64,000 bases of DNA from Acidobacteriota bacterium (lineage in GTDB: Bacteria; Actinomycetota; Acidimicrobiia; ATN3): positions 9,918-73,917 of the forward strand of contig QEUQ01000011.1 of the NCBI GenBank assembly GCA_003577105.1, in the 5' to 3' direction. How positions within the stretch are numbered: position 1 is the first letter of the stretch; every line of letters begins with the position of its first letter. A model generated the notes under the pieces. It was not told where the DNA came from. It saw only the letters and a program-made list of their open reading frames with translations, and did not search any database. Position numbers and translations under genes: made by a program. Shown one piece after another: positions 62,519 to 64,000 of the stretch.

Positions 62519-63692
62519 CGAAGCCTCGAATCATTCGCAGTGCGCTTCCAAGTAACGTTTCGCCCGCTCTGGGGCTCGGGCAAAAATACGAATTGTCGTT
62601 CTTGTATGCGTCTCTCAGGATACGACCGTAGGAGTTAGCCGGATAGATGAGATAGCCGACCTGGTCTCCGGTCAGGCTGACCGGCAGGATTGTCGAGTCG
62701 GGCGTCTCCCGTCGCATCGCATCGCCAATATTGGGGTATACCTCTCCAGGAAATCCTGCCAGGAGAACTGGCCCTATCCGGGCTACGCATGCCGCCGTCT
62801 CGTTGACTGGCTCATCCCTCTTGATTAGCCGGCTGATTCCCTTCAACAGCGGATTACTGATCCGAAGTTTCACGGGCTCAGTTGCGAAGCCGATGCCGTC
62901 GATCAGTAGCGGAGCCGAGGAATCGATGGCCTCCACGGCTTTGTCAAACACCCGAGATGCGTAGTTGGTCACGGCACGCTGTGAGCCGTCACCCCTTATC
63001 GCCGGCTGGGTGCGGCCAATCGCGCCGGGGAGCACGAGACTGGTGCCACTGAGGCTCTCGTCGAGCCGGGAGGCAATCGCTCCGTACCAGTCAGACGAGA
63101 CTTCGTGGCCTGACGCGACGGTGGCGTGCGCCGAAAAGTGGATGATGCGCCCAAGAGCCTTGCCGCGTTCGTTAGTTGCGCTGATTACGGTAAGCGAATC
63201 ATCAAGAGTGTCGTGGGGAGGGTAGCCGCACTGGTTTCGCAACAAATCCGGGCACCGGACGCTGCCCAGCGAGAACGTAGCCGGCTCTGAGGCATCGATG
63301 GCGTCGGTAATAGCTGCGACGACGCCTTCTGCAATTCGTTCATATTCGGGCAGCGGAAGGCCGCCCCAAACGCCGGTTGAGTCCGGCGCGCTATGGGAAT
63401 GCGTCGACGCCGCGAGGATTCCCTCTATTTGAGGTCTCTCGGACTTGGCTGCGGCTGAAATCTCTCGGTGGCCGGGTGCATGCCGGTATGCGCGAAGCAG
63501 CCCATGGGTGTCAATGGCGGCGATTGCCAGAGTCGAATCGCCCAGCGAGATGGCGGCCGCTCGCACATAGAGGCGTGAGGCAATTCCTGTGCACTTCCGC
63601 ACTGGTCCGATTCCGTAGCCACCGAGAAATACAGGCCGGTCTGGCGTGATGTCGGCGGTCGCCGAGCCGAATTGGAGTCGCTCCGTTGTCAT
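62505..63692 (-). CDS. Neutral/alkaline ceramidase-N-terminal-like hydrolase family protein
   Basis: FGSATADITPDRPVFLGGYG...LYVRAAAISLGDSTLAIAAIDTHGL resembles that family's N-terminus. Confidence 0.45.
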   Translation of the reverse strand: MTTERLQFGSATADITPDRPVFLGGYGIGPVRKCTGIASRLYVRAAAISLGDSTLAIAAIDTHGLLRAYRHAPGHREISAAAKSERPQIEGILAASTHSHSAPDSTGVWGGLPLPEYERIAEGVVAAITDAIDASEPATFSLGSVRCPDLLRNQCGYPPHDTLDDSLTVISATNERGKALGRIIHFSAHATVASGHEVSSDWYGAIASRLDESLSGTSLVLPGAIGRTQPAIRGDGSQRAVTNYASRVFDKAVEAIDSSAPLLIDGIGFATEPVKLRISNPLLKGISRLIKRDEPVNETAACVARIGPVLLAGFPGEVYPNIGDAMRRETPDSTILPVSLTGDQVGYLIYPANSYGRILRDAYKNDNSYFCPSPRAGETLLGSALRMIRGFDELT

Positions 63693-63725
63693 TGTCGTTA
63701 GTGTTCTGCCGGTTTGGAGGTTTCG

Positions 63726-64000
63726 ATGTTGGAAGAGTTTCCCAGGTTTGCATGGGCGAGTGGTGAGGAATGCTCAGACCCAGTGGTCCTGTTCAAAGGC
63801 GAGCTCGTCAGAGTTGATGAACTTGAAACCACGGGTCACCTAGCCCGGCTGGAGAAAGACCTCTCTGACATTGCGGATCTCGGCGTTGAGATTTGGCGCT
63901 ACGGCATGCCGTGGCGCAGGGCCGAGATCGCGCCTGGTGAGTACGACTGGTCCCTATGGGACCGGGCGCTGGGGGCTTGCGACGAAGCTGGGCTGACCCC
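63726..64000 (+). CDS. Glycoside hydrolase family 1-like protein, N-terminal fragment (runs off the window)
   Basis: Open frame from ATG63726: ...TGHLARLEKDLSDIADLGVEIWRYGMPWRRAEIAPGEYDWSLWDRAL. The pattern is GH1-like. It is not in the ORF track because no stop lies in the window. Confidence 0.4.
   Translation, partial: MLEEFPRFAWASGEECSDPVVLFKGELVRVDELETTGHLARLEKDLSDIADLGVEIWRYGMPWRRAEIAPGEYDWSLWDRALGACDEAGLT

Overview
High-GC, Actinomycetota-like chromosomal segment, mostly housekeeping. It holds a secA tail, prfB with its programmed +1 frameshift, ftsEX, an M23 peptidase, smpB, tkt, rnhB, pckA, pabB-like, tldD/pmbA and an aa3-type cytochrome oxidase operon, plus assorted redox and catabolic genes. 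Accessory modules interrupt the conserved prfB-ftsEX-smpB neighbourhood. (1) A Phd/VapC toxin-antitoxin pair, followed by an unknown small ORF translationally coupled to a single-chain MmeI-like type IIL restriction-modification enzyme. (2) A HepT/MntA toxin-antitoxin pair next to a complete compact type II-C CRISPR-Cas9 locus: cas9 of about 972 aa, cas1, cas2, and 17 identical 36-bp repeats with 16 spacers. I could also predict its tracrRNA, with an extended -10 box, anti-repeat, stem-loops and an intrinsic terminator. The best candidates for something undescribed are three. First, the CRISPR peculiarities: a -10-like hexamer in every repeat, an inverted partial repeat at the far end of the array, and related spacers. 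Second, a minus-strand four-gene cluster of Cas4-like nuclease, short UvrD helicase, CheY-type receiver and a 981-aa SMC/YhaN-like protein with a destroyed Walker A. Third, a CoxII subunit fused to a blue-copper cupredoxin domain. Also noted: a LexA SOS box on the promoter of a DUF222-HNH gene, and twin receiver-only response regulators flanking a HisKA_3 kinase. All functions are inferred by eye from motifs; no database searches were run.
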